Assembly (NCBI RefSeq): GCF_001194135.2
Contig: NC_069001.1
Location: forward strand, 32,768,217 to 32,803,532
Length of the DNA: 35,316 nt
DNA from: Octopus bimaculoides
Lineage: Eukaryota
Reading direction: 5' to 3'
This document shows, piece after piece, positions 20,735 through 33,092 of this stretch. A program made the translations under genes and the position numbers. Within the stretch, counting starts at the first letter, position 1. Each line of letters begins with the position of its first letter. The notes under the pieces are model-generated. The model did not search any database. It was not told the origin of the DNA and worked only from the letters and a program-made list of their open reading frames with translations.

Positions 20735-21300
20735 AAGCACTTTACAGCTGGATGCCCTTCCGAACACCAACCACTCTACAGTGTGGACTGCGTGCTTTTA
20801 AGTGGCACCTGCACTGACAGGGTCACCAAGTACTTGCAAGACAAAAAAAGAACTTTCAAGAGGGGAAAGGGCATAGGAGGAGGTAACCTTGTGTTGGATG
20901 ATGAAAGGTTATAGTGAGACAGAGAGACAGAAACAGGTGTCTTGGTGTAGAAAAGGTACAAGGTTACCTGGCTGGAGAGAGAGGGAGAGATCAGGAAGGA
21001 AGAGAGAAACAGGTGTGCTGCTGCATAGGAAATACATGGTGACCCAACCTGAGGGAAATGCAGGAGAGAGAGAGAGAGAGAGTGGGAGACAGCAGGATAG
21101 AGATGGCGGCAAAATGCCGGACATACTCCCAAGGGACGGGGATCAGAATATAAATGGGATGGTTGAGAAAAAGAAGTGAGAGATAAAGATGGTGGCAAGT
21201 GCTAGGGCATATCCTTGAGGTTCGAACGCCATAATATAAGTGGCAGGATATTGCGAAGGAAGTGTGATTAAAGGGTGCAGAGGGGATGGGGAGTGAGGGC
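20735..21300 (-). mobile_element. Family C-related retroposon with purine-rich upstream portion
   Basis: tacagctggatgcccttcc…caaccac…gtgcttttaagtggcacc matches family C; the extent is uncertain. Confidence 0.45.
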
Positions 21301-21316
21301 CAAAAACCTGGGTATA

Positions 21317-21671
21317 NNNNNNNNNNNNNNNNNNNNNNNNNNNNNNNNNNNNNNNNNNNNNNNNNNNNNNNNNNNNNNNNNNNNNNNNNNNNNNNNNNNN
21401 NNNNNNNNNNNNNNNNNNNNNNNNNNNNNNNNNNNNNNNNNNNNNNNNNNNNNNNNNNNNNNNNNNNNNNNNNNNNNNNNNNNNNNNNNNNNNNNNNNNN
21501 NNNNNNNNNNNNNNNNNNNNNNNNNNNNNNNNNNNNNNNNNNNNNNNNNNNNNNNNNNNNNNNNNNNNNNNNNNNNNNNNNNNNNNNNNNNNNNNNNNNN
21601 NNNNNNNNNNNNNNNNNNNNNNNNNNNNNNNNNNNNNNNNNNNNNNNNNNNNNNNNNNNNNNNNNNNNNNN
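21317..21671. other. Assembly gap
   Basis: N run. Confidence 1.
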
Positions 21672-21712
<41 letters not shown>

Positions 21713-21959
21713 GTGTGAATATTTGTATATGAGTATGTGTGTGTATACATGTGTATGTGTGCATGTGTACATGTATGTGTATTTATATATATATATCTAT
21801 ATAAGCTGTGTGTACATATGAACACGCAGCTGAATGTAAACACTTCTATTTTTATTTGTTTTTGTTGGGGCTGTGTTGGTCAGTTGTCCAAGTTTCTATA
21901 TTGATTCCATCCAACGATCGCTTGTTGAATAGCCTCTAGAAACTCTCATAGAGCCACTT

Positions 21960-22152
21960 AGATGTATCCACACACACACACACACACACACACTTACACA
22001 CACACACACACACAAACACATACACACACGCACACACATGCACACTCTCTCTCGCTGTTACACACACACACACACACATTCTCACACACACAGACATTCT
22101 ACACACTTCCTATAGACGTATATTTATATCACCACTGTTTGTTTTATGCTCT

Positions 22153-22217
<65 letters not shown>

Positions 22218-22318
22218 GTGCTGCTGCTGCTGCCTCCGCCACCGCTGCCGCCGACACCACCACCACCACCACCNNNNNNNNNNCCACCGCTGCCGCCGAC
22301 ACCACCACCACCACCACC

Positions 22319-22396
<78 letters not shown>

Positions 22397-22410
22397 GTTG
22401 CTGTTGTTGT
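21960..22410. repeat. (CA)n then (CTA)n/(CCA)n microsatellites spanning a 10-N gap (22274-22283)
   Basis: Direct inspection. Confidence 0.95.
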
Positions 22411-22644
22411 TTCTAAGTATATTGTCAAATTGAGATTGATGAAAGGGGGGAAATGTGACAGCCAAGAGATACTGAAGAGCTGTTTTAATGTAATCCAATC
22501 CAGTTATGGTTCCTATACAATTATGGGGGATAGTTGTTGTTTGGTATTGTTGTTGTTTAACCCCAGGCCAGTTGAACTAAACGGACCTATGATGAAAATT
22601 GTCCAGTCATAACTATCCTGTCTTGAGTTTTTCACACGGTGTCA

Positions 22645-22870
22645 CCTGACAAGTAACTCCAGGGGTGTTGGTGGCATGAAAAAGATAAAAGTACCCAGGT
22701 TCACACTGTAGAATGGTTGTTTGCCATTAGGAAGGGCACCCAGCCATAGTGCTCCATATCGAAGGTGATCATGGAGCACAATGCAGACCAGTGGCTCACC
22801 AGATCCTGTCAAACTGTCCAACCCATGCCAGTATGGAAAACAAACCTTAAATGATGATGATGATGATGAA
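22645..22870 (+). mobile_element. Family C retroposon
   Basis: ccattaggaagggcacccagccatag…aacccatgccagtatggaaa…ttaaatgatgatgat. Confidence 0.75.
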
Positions 22871-22874
22871 GGAG

Positions 22875-23015
22875 AGTACTGTTCCCTCATGTATCTCAGA
22901 TGGTGCTGTTGCTATGCACCCAAACAATCTTGGACCACATCCAGAAAGTGGGATTGGATTTGTGCAAATCCTTTCCCCACTATAAAATTTCATCATGCAC
23001 AGGTATCACTTGAAA
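22875..23015 (+). mobile_element. Possible CR1/Jockey-group LINE remnant
   Basis: Frameshifted EYCS…DGAVAMH…ILDHIQK resembles the EYCSxxWxGA…LDRVQ post-RT motif. Confidence 0.3.
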
Positions 23016-23414
23016 GAAAAAAAGTAAGACCTATCACAAAAATGGTAAGGAAGAAATGGAGAGATAATTAATAAAATATTATTTATTAATCATAAAATGA
23101 CAACATCTCTGACAGCTGTTTTGATTCAGTAATCTTTAGATAATTAATTTACAAAATTAAAATCATTATAAGATGAATCTCTTCAGAGGTAGTAAAGATA
23201 TACTGATTAGAAATACATGTAGAGATAACGGCTGCAAACCATTAACTGATAGTATATATATATATATATATATTAACTGATAGTATATATACAAAAAGAG
23301 CCAGTTATAGAAGGCATCAATCCAACATAGAGAGAGAAGGTAGTGTGTATTTTTAAGTCTTAAAGTAAGAAAAGAAGAGATTAATATAATATCATAGGGT
23401 ATGATATTATATTA

Positions 23415-23580
23415 TATACAGCGGGTTTCTTTCAGGTTCTGTCTACCAAAACCACTCACAAGGCTTTGGTCACCCCAAGGCTATAGTAGAAGACTCTTGC
23501 CCAAGGTGCCATGCCATGGAACTGAACATGGAACCATATGGTTGGGAAGCAAGTTCCTTACCACACAGCTACACCTGAGC
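23415..23580 (-). mobile_element. SINE family A head
   Basis: ttctgtctaccaaaaccactcacaaggctttgg…ctatagtagaagactcttgcccaaggtgcc. Confidence 0.85.
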
Positions 23581-23714
23581 CTATTTTGATTGAGAAATTT
23601 AGGGGTTCTTGCTCTGGCTAACCATCTGAGACTAACAGCAAGAAAATGAAGGAGTTAGTTGGCACTAATCTCCATTATGCACCCAACAATGCAGCTGAAT
23701 AGCATGGACATGAA

Positions 23715-23880
23715 TAGCTCCAGGTGTTGAGCTGTACTAACACAACCAACAACTTTTCCTGGTTAATTTTTGCTCCTGATACCACTTCTCACTTCCTTAT
23801 ATGATGCTGATTATCTCAATGCATTTGCTTTTTGACATCACAACAGTGACGTTGTTGGTTTATACCAACACACATCTCCC
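23715..23880 (+). mobile_element. Possible Penelope-like RT remnant
   Basis: VLSCTNTT…DTTSHFL and, after a frameshift, DVVGLY resemble the Penelope RT motifs (PIxS…KDTxxFL…DVxxLYP). Confidence 0.3.
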
Positions 23881-24896
23881 ACATCCTAGTTCACTCAGAA
23901 TGCCCCTCAATGTTTTCCGCTTGTGCTGAAGTGGCTCAAGAGTCAATAGATACAACAGGGGCAAAAGGGGACCTTGGAAGACTGACCAGTTGAGTTATAA
24001 ATTCAGGTGATACAATTGTTCTACTTTTAGATATAAAACTAGGTTTTTAAAGAATGATTCATACAGTACATCCATATGCATTAACGCAACCAACAACTAA
24101 CTGTATCGACACAGAGATAGCTAAAGTCAACAGAGATATATAAAGAGTGTCAGGCGTAAAATCCTTTCTGATAAGACCCTTTATAGATTTTCACTTTCAA
24201 TACCGGATATTTATAAAATAAAAAAAAAATAAAAAATAAATAAATAAAATAAGAATGAATAAATAAATAGATACTCCAAAAGAATCTTAAGTGGACCAAA
24301 CAGCAGAACATTATGACAATAAGTATACACCCACAAACTATGGTATTTTGAACACCTAGAAGAGAAATAAATCACAAACAAAACATAAAATACAATACAC
24401 ACATGCAATGTACCCTGATTATAAAAAGAAAACCCACAGCATGTATCATACCCAGTCATAAATCAATAGAATATATCAGAGAATAAGTTATAATATTATT
24501 ATAGTTAATTTTTTTGTCCGACCTTAATAAATAATAATTGATGTAAGTCAATTGTTGTTCATTAATATTTCTCCATTTTCTGTTTTCTTTAAATTTTGAT
24601 TCTTGATAAACTCATGTTTATCCTTGTCTTTACCTGTAATTTATGAGCATAATATGCTTACATATGTGTGCCCATGGTTAAACATAGGTAATATACCTGT
24701 AGTATAATGGATACTTTTATACCTTAGATGGTTATTTTAACCTCTAACTCAGCTAACGTCATATACATATATATATTGGAAAGTTTGGAGGTAATGTACA
24801 GGAATTATATATTAGAAAAAATAATAATAATCAGGTACTCAGATGTCTGGATGGTTGTATATTTACAGATTTTTATTCATATATCACATGTTTTAT

Positions 24897-24937
24897 AAAT
24901 TAGCGCTTTCACCTAGTCGTGTAGGGTTTTCAAATTT
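24897..24937 (-). ncRNA. Highly degenerate minimal hammerhead-like motif
   Basis: Minus strand AAAT TTGAAAA C CCTA-CACGAC-TAGG T GAAA GCGC TA ATTT; two core transitions relative to CUGANGA. Confidence 0.3.
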
Positions 24938-25362
24938 TGAAATATATATATATATATATAAGGTTACTGACATGTAAGCATGGTATATTTTTCATACTAA
25001 ACTTTACCACAGAACAAATCCATACCCTTTTGTCGTCACACTATCTTATTAATAAATTAAATCTGTCAGCCTGAATTAGTTATATGTAGCTGTGGCTTTA
25101 AATACAGTTTCACTGTGGTCAGCTAGGAAAATACAATGACGTTTGAAACAGCAGTGTCCAATCTGTCCCTCATTTAGTACACACAGTGTGGTTGTAGACA
25201 TATGACAGATGTTTATGAATGTCTTATGTTGAATCTAATGAATTGAATTAATTTATAATATATGCTGTGACAGCTAAAAATGTATGGGCCTACCCCATAG
25301 GAAAGTTTAGTATGATGGATATAATATATGTGTCTGTCTGTCATTCTCTCTCTCAATGTCTC

Positions 25363-25395
<33 letters not shown>

Positions 25396-25398
25396 TTC

Positions 25399-25438
<40 letters not shown>

Positions 25439-26438
25439 CCCGTTCGGGATAAGCTCTACAGGCATGGCTCGAGAAACACGGGGCCGACCTGTCCGAGATG
25501 CCGGCAGAGCGACGAAACCGTTCTGCACGCACTCGTACAGTGTCCCACCATTTCCGAGCTGTGGGCTTACGTCGAACAACTGCTATCGCGTGTGGGACGA
25601 GTCGGTCTATCAGCCGAGTCTATCGTGAATATTGTCGCGCCTCCTTCCTTTAAACGGGAAGGAAGAGCNNNNNNNNNNNNNNNNNNNNNNNNNNNNNNNN
25701 NNNNNNNNNNNNNNNNNNNNNNNNNNNNNNNNNNNNNNNNNNNNNNNNNNNNNNNNNNNNNNNNNNNNNNNNNNNNNNNNNNNNNNNNNNNNNNNNNNNN
25801 NNNNNNNNNNNNNNNNNNNNNNNNNNNNNNNNNNNNNNNNNNNNNNNNNNNNNNNNNNNNNNNNNNNNNNNNNNNNNNNNNNNNNNNNNNNNNNNNNNNN
25901 NNNNNNNNNNNNNNNNNNNNNNNNNNNNNNNNNNNNNNNNNNNNNNNNNNNNNNNNNNNNNNNNNNNNNNNNNNNNNNNNNNNNNNNNNNNNNNNNNNNN
26001 NNNNNNNNNNNNNNNNNNNNNNNNNNNNNNNNNNNNNNNNNNNNNNNNNNNNNNNNNNNNNNNNNNNNNNNNNNNNNNNNNNNNNNNNNNNNNNNNNNNN
26101 NNNNNNNNNNNNNNNNNNNNNNNNNNNNNNNNNNNNNNNNNNNNNNNNNNNNNNNNNNNNNNNNNNNNNNNNNNNNNNNNNNNNNNNNNNNNNNNNNNNN
26201 NNNNNNNNNNNNNNNNNNNNNNNNNNNNNNNNNNNNNNNNNNNNNNNNNNNNNNNNNNNNNNNNNNNNNNNNNNNNNNNNNNNNNNNNNNNNNNNNNNNN
26301 NNNNNNNNNNNNNNNNNNNNNNNNNNNNNNNNNNNNNNNNNNNNNNNNNNNNNNNNNNNNNNCCCCTCCCAAAAAGAAAAGCTCTACATTGTATTTGTCC
26401 CATCTTCGTTGAGCCCTGTGTGGCTAATAAAAGAAATG
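25439..26438 (+). mobile_element. 5'-truncated Tx1/L1-clade LINE (ORF2 C-terminal zinc-binding region + 3' UTR); interior hidden by gap 25669-26362
   Basis: PVRDKLYRHGSRNTGPTCPRCRQSDETVLHALVQCPTISELWAYV carries the CxxC…ETxxH…C motif. CpG-rich; 3' end has AATAAA; (TATC)n on both flanks. Confidence 0.8.
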
Positions 26439-26467
26439 TATCTATCTATCTATCTATCTATCTATCT

Positions 26468-26510
<43 letters not shown>

Positions 26511-26784
26511 AGAGAGAGAGGAGAGAGGGAAAAAGAGAGATGAGAGTGAGAGAAAGGAGGGAGAGAGGAGAGAGAGAGAGCGATAGATATACAGATAGAT
26601 AGATAGATAGATAGATAGAGATAGAGAGAGAGAGAGTCAACAGATGGGATCCAGAGATGCTCAATATAGAAAACACTTAGTAGTGCTCAAATGACTTGAA
26701 ACTGAAAGAGATGGTCTTCTGTTTGAGGCCCATGAAACTACTTGAAGTTACATGGAACCAAATCAAGCTATTTTTTTCAATAAT

Positions 26785-26788
26785 AATG

Positions 26789-26827
<39 letters not shown>

Positions 26828-27330
26828 CAGTACCAGACACTGGCTCTCATGGCTTCTCATCTTAACCGATTGGAAGTGTTATCATGTACATGTTTTGTCA
26901 TGGTATAAAAAGATGGGCTGCAACAAATATTCTGCCCAATACCACAGACTTGCCAGTTGAGCATATCCCTTAGTGGCTGACAATATGTGCATCTCTGATC
27001 ATGAGCAGGAGTAGTGGGAGAGCATCATAGCCATGTGTTGAGAGGAATTCTTTGGGGTTTGAATAATTCACCTTTAGAAACATGGGTGTTTCATTCATCA
27101 TCCTTAAACAACCCTCATTCAAGGACCCTTTGAGTGGGATAGGCTACTCAACCTGAAGAAAATACTAACTGGGTCCCACCTGTTTATCTTGATATAAGGT
27201 GACCATGTCAAGGGCACATGGTTGTGATGCATGTGCCTGGTGTACCCTTATTAAGCAGGGTATATTGGGCCTCGTATATTTGTACCCCAGTGTCAGTCAC
27301 TTTGATGGCAGGCATTGCTCTCACACTTAA
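26785..27330 (-). mobile_element. Putative non-LTR retroelement 3' end with an (ATT)n tail
   Basis: About 500 bp of complex sequence ending, on the minus strand, in an (ATT)n run. Single copy here; family assignment from recollection only. Confidence 0.35.
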
Positions 27331-27376
27331 TAATACTACTACTACTACTACTACTAATAATAATAATAATAATAAT

Positions 27377-27525
27377 CCTTTCTACTGAAGGCACAAGGCC
27401 TTGAAATTTGGGGGGAGGGGACTAGTCAATTACATTGATCCCAGTACACAACTGGTATTTAATTTATTGACCCTGAAAGGATGAAGGGCAAAGTTGACCA
27501 TGGCAGAATTTCCACTCAGAACATA
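27377..27525 (-). mobile_element. SINE family D, 3' part
   Basis: aatttattgaccctgaaaggatgaagggcaaagttgacc is the reverse complement of the family D body. Confidence 0.8.
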
Positions 27526-27626
27526 ATAATAATAATAATATACATATATATATATATATTCTTATTCTGAACTGATTTAGTCTTCTCATGTTCATTGCTT
27601 GGGGACAAGCTACGACTACTACTACG

Positions 27627-27667
<41 letters not shown>

Positions 27668-28172
27668 CGCTGCTGTTGCTATTGTTGTTGTTGTTGTTAT
27701 ATATATATATATATATTACTGATCAAATATTACCTTAAGCAAAGTGTTTAACTATGAAAACATGTACATCATTGAAAGGCTGTTCTCTGGTGTCTATTGA
27801 TCTCACACCAGTTGGGAGGGGGAACTTTATAGACCATGTGTTAAATATTGTATGGCCTACTTCACTCATCTCGGATATCTTCCACCTTGATATATATGTG
27901 TGTATATGTGTGCACGTGAAGCTACTCATATTTCTGATGATGTTAAAGAGTCAAGCCATTTTTCTTTCCTTCTTTCTCTATTACACACACACCTTCATTG
28001 GGAAAAGCATCATGCTTAAAAGTGTGTGTGTGTGTGTATGTGATTCATGCACATAGTTATACACACATACATACATTTACATACACAAACATAAACACAC
28101 ACACATATATAGATACATAGAAATATGTATATGTACTAACATTTAAAAGTTCACATTCAAATGTTTTCAAAT

Positions 28173-28522
28173 GTTCATTCCCACTGCATGGCACCTTGGG
28201 CAAGCGTCTTCTACTATAGCCTTGGGCTTACCAAAGCCTTGTGAGTGGATTTGGTAGATCGAAACTGAAAGAAGCCCATCGTATATATGTATATATGTAT
28301 GTATGTGTGTGTATATGTTTGTGTGTGTATATGTTTGTGTGTCTGTGTTTGTCTCCACAACATTGCTTGACAACCGATGGTCCCTGTAACTTAGCGGTTT
28401 GGCAAAAGACACCGATAGAATAAGTAATAGGATTACAAAGAATAAGTCCTGGGGTCGATTTGCTCGACTAAAGGCGGTGCTGCAGCATGGCCGCAGTGAA
28501 ATGACTGAAACATGTAAAAAGA
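28173..28522 (+). mobile_element. Composite SINE (A head + microsatellite + B tail)
   Basis: cccactgcatggcaccttgggcaagcgtcttc…(TA/TG)n…gcagcatggccgcagtgaaatgactgaaac. Confidence 0.85.
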
Positions 28523-28654
28523 GCAAATACATTCATATATTGCCTCTGTTTTCTCTCTCTCTGTTTCAATCATCATCATCATCATCATCATCATTTGACA
28601 CCCACACACACACCTATACACACACGCACGCACACACATTAATAAATATATATT

Positions 28655-28935
28655 GGTTTCGAATTTTGGCACAAGGCCAGCAAGTTTGGGGACGGGGTAA
28701 GTCAATTACATTGACACCCCCACCCCCGTGCTCAAAATTGGTCCCTATTTTATCAACCCCGAAAGGATGAAAGACAGAGTCAATCTCTGCAGAATTTGAC
28801 CTCGAGACATAAAGCTGGACAATATTCCACTAAGCATTTTGCCTGGTGAGCTAACAATTCTTATTTCTTTATTGCCCACAAGGGGCTAAACATAGAGGGG
28901 GACAGACAAGCTAACAATTCTGCCAGCTCACTGCC
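28655..28935 (-). mobile_element. SINE family D carrying a 47-bp nested tail insertion
   Basis: Body atcaaccccgaaaggatgaaagac and head tgccagctcactgcc. TSD AGCTAACAATTCT at 28849-28861 and 28909-28921. Confidence 0.85.
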
Positions 28936-28944
28936 TTAATGCAT

Positions 28945-29070
28945 TCATGTGTTGGTTTCAAAGTTTGACCATAAGCCCAGCAAGTTTGATGGTAGGCTTA
29001 AGTTGAATACATCAATCCCAGTTTTCAACTGGTGCTTATTTTATCAACCCTGAAAGGATGAAAAGTGTGC
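28945..29070 (-). mobile_element. SINE family D, 3' fragment
   Basis: aactggtgcttattttatcaaccctgaaaggatgaaaag. Confidence 0.7.
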
Positions 29071-29129
29071 TGCCAAATTTTGAAAAGAATATAAGTGTAT
29101 CACAAGAGAAAACAGGTTGCAGAGCACTG

Positions 29130-29295
29130 ATATGCACGACAGGCTTCTTTTTGATTTCATCTACCAAATCCACTCACAGGGCTTTGGTCGGCCCAAGGCT
29201 GTAGAAGAAAACACTTGGCCAAAGTGCCACACAGTAAGATTGAACCCAGTACCATGTGGCTGGGAAGCAAGCTTCTTACCATATAACCACACCTG
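29130..29295 (-). mobile_element. SINE family A head
   Basis: ctaccaaatccactcacagggctttggtcggccc…gggaagcaagcttcttacc. Confidence 0.85.
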
Positions 29296-29429
29296 CACCT
29301 ATGTACATTTTTATCTCATTCTATCCTCTTTCCCCTCATTTTCTCCTCATCTATTTATGAAACATCCTCCCCGCCCCGAATTGTAAACCGTTCTTGTAAT
29401 GTCCTCCCTCATTTGATGACCTTGTCGTG

Positions 29430-30670
<1,241 letters not shown>

Positions 30671-31425
30671 CACACACACACATGTATATATACATATATT
30701 TGCCATACCTATTTTGCAAACATCAGCAATCACAAACCTCCATGCCAATCTGAAGAATCATGATTTTTCTTGGGACAAATACAGCAGGGGTTTTCCATCG
30801 ACTTCTCTCAGTTCATTTACAGTTTACTCTGCTAGTCTCTTGCTCTCCCCAATTTATCCTCAAGACACAGAGTTTGTTTAACTATTAAGCAGGGGGACTG
30901 GTTGATGTGACATTAGGCCATGGTCCACACATTGGTGGGCCTGTGTAATGTAGATTCAGTGAGGCCGGCCTTCTCCTGGTGGTCCTACATGCCTTAGACA
31001 CAGGATCATCTCCTGCTATTTGAGCCCTTGGAAAGAACTATGACCCTGAGCCGGAGTAGACCCAGGAGCAGGTCTATGACTTAGGGATAACTACATACTC
31101 CCCATAACTTCTGAATGCTCAGGCTGGAGCGTCACCACTGGATGTAGTTTAATGCCTTCCTCAGGACAGTGTGTTCGCATGTCGAAGCATCGTAGTAGAT
31201 CGTGGAAGGAGGAAGAGGAGGAGGAGCGTCAGTGTGGTTTTCGTGTCTCTGCATGTGTGTGTGTGTGTGTGTGTGTAGAAGTATGACTATGTGTATGTAT
31301 GTATATAGGGACATGCTTCCATGAAAGATTGGAAAGGAAGGCTATTTGTGTGATGATGATGATGACCACTTACATCAACTGTGTGATGGCAAGACTGGGA
31401 AATGCAAACATGTTTGCACACGCAT

Positions 31426-31460
<35 letters not shown>

Positions 31461-31783
31461 AACAAATATACACATACATCCGACAGGTATTTTATTTCCT
31501 GATCTGTACAAAGTGCTGGGCTGGATTTGAACCAGGAGCCTTTTATTTCTAAACCAAGAGTTTATTTCCTAAATTAAAAGTTTATACTTCAGGCCAGTGA
31601 TGCAGGAATAAATCAAATGATAATAATTGGAGATCAAACTGCTTGAAATATAGTTGATAGATGTAAACATTTCACTGATTCTTTTGTCTTTAAATATATG
31701 CTTAATGGTCCAAAAAATTATAATCTTATTAGTAGCAACTGTTAATAATTGCAGATCAATCCAATCAAAACACTCTGGATTTA

Positions 31784-32066
31784 CTCATGTATAAGCTGCA
31801 TTATTTTACACTTGATTTTAACTGTGAAATTGGGGTGTGACTTATACATGAGGTAAAGCTAAAATTATGAAGGTTAAAAATTTTGTATCAAGATTTAACA
31901 CTAAATTAGAGGTGTGAGTTATGCATGAGGTTAAACTAAAGCTATGAAGGGAAAAAATTTGGTAGAAATTAGGGGTGGAACTTATGCATGGGGTAAAGCT
32001 AAAACTATGAAGGGAAAAAATTTTGCACCAAGATTTAATACAAAATAAGGGGTGCGAATTATACAT
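31784..32066. repeat. 77/63-bp tandem repeat with a 12-bp inverted repeat; possible pogo/Tc2-type DNA transposon terminus
   Basis: Motif ggggtg-N-ga(c/g)ttat(a/g)catg starts at 31832, 31909, 31972, 32049. CTCATGTATAAG (31784-31795) is inverted at 31841-31852. Confidence 0.6.
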
Positions 32067-32518
32067 GCATTAACATCACACATGCTGATTAAAAAACTGA
32101 AACTTTAAGATGAGTTCACCTTAGTGGAATTAGAACTCAGAACATAAAAAGCCTGGATAAATATGGAATAAACACTCTCACAGTTCTGCCAATCCTCTCC
32201 ACACACACACTCCCAATGTTCCATCTACTGATTAAAAGACAAAATGTCTAAGATGTGTTAATGCTAATAAGATTATCGTTTTTCAAACCACTGAACTCTT
32301 TTAAGACAAATTCAATTTTTTTCAATTTGATCTAACTTTTAAAAAAATATTTGCATCTACTCTGTGCTCTGATTGGTTTGATGCCTGATAATCAGGTGTT
32401 GTTAATCAGATTAGAATTTTTCAAACAACTAACCTTTTTCATGCCAACTTATTTGAGATTTTGTCTGATTCTTGGTTATAAAAAGTCTTTTCTTTTGAAA
32501 TTTTTAGATTTAAATTAA

Positions 32519-32669
32519 TGGCTGCATGGTAAGTAGCTTGCTTACCAATCACATGGTTCCAGGTTCAGTTCCACTGCGTGGCACCTTCGGCAAGTGTCTT
32601 CTACTATAGCCTCATGCTGACCAAAGCCCTGTGAATGGATTTGGTAGACAGAAACTGAAAAAAGCCTGT

Positions 32670-32725
<56 letters not shown>

Positions 32726-32935
32726 CATACAACGGGCTTGTGTGTGTGTCTGTGTTTGTCCCCTCACCATCGCTTGACAACCGATGTTGGTGTGTTTAAG
32801 TTACTGTAACATTAGCGGTTCGACAAAAGAGACCGATAGAATAAGTACTAGGTTTACAAAGAATAAGTTCTGGGGTCGATTTCTTTGACTAAAGGTGGTG
32901 CTCCAGCATGGCTGCTGAAACAAATAAAAGGATAA
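32519..32935 (+). mobile_element. Composite SINE (A head + (TA)n + B tail)
   Basis: Both modules present in the standard order. Confidence 0.9.
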
Positions 32936-32974
32936 AAAAATAAAGGAATAAAACCTCCCATCTTCTCAACTAAA

Positions 32975-33092
32975 TGGTGGCTTGTTCAGTCCCGTTGCAT
33001 GGCACCTTGGACAAACATCTTCTATTAAGCTTTGGGCCAAGCAAAGCTCAAAGACTTATGAGTGAATTTGGTAGAGAGAAACTGAAAGAAGC
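32975..33092 (+). mobile_element. SINE family A head, degenerate
   Basis: gttcagtcccgttgcatggcaccttggacaaacatcttc…gaaactgaaagaagc. Confidence 0.75.

Noticed and set aside
22238-22325. Direct repeat ccaccgctgccgccgacaccacc on both sides of a 10-N gap
   Set aside because: Typical unmerged contig overlap; probably an assembly artefact
22912-23014. Open plus-strand exon-like segment with a CAG|gtatca donor
   Set aside because: Better explained as a decayed LINE fragment adjoining a retroposon tail
25328-26473. 381-aa ORF as a single gene
   Set aside because: It starts in a microsatellite and reads through 694 Ns; only about 76 aa are real and belong to a LINE
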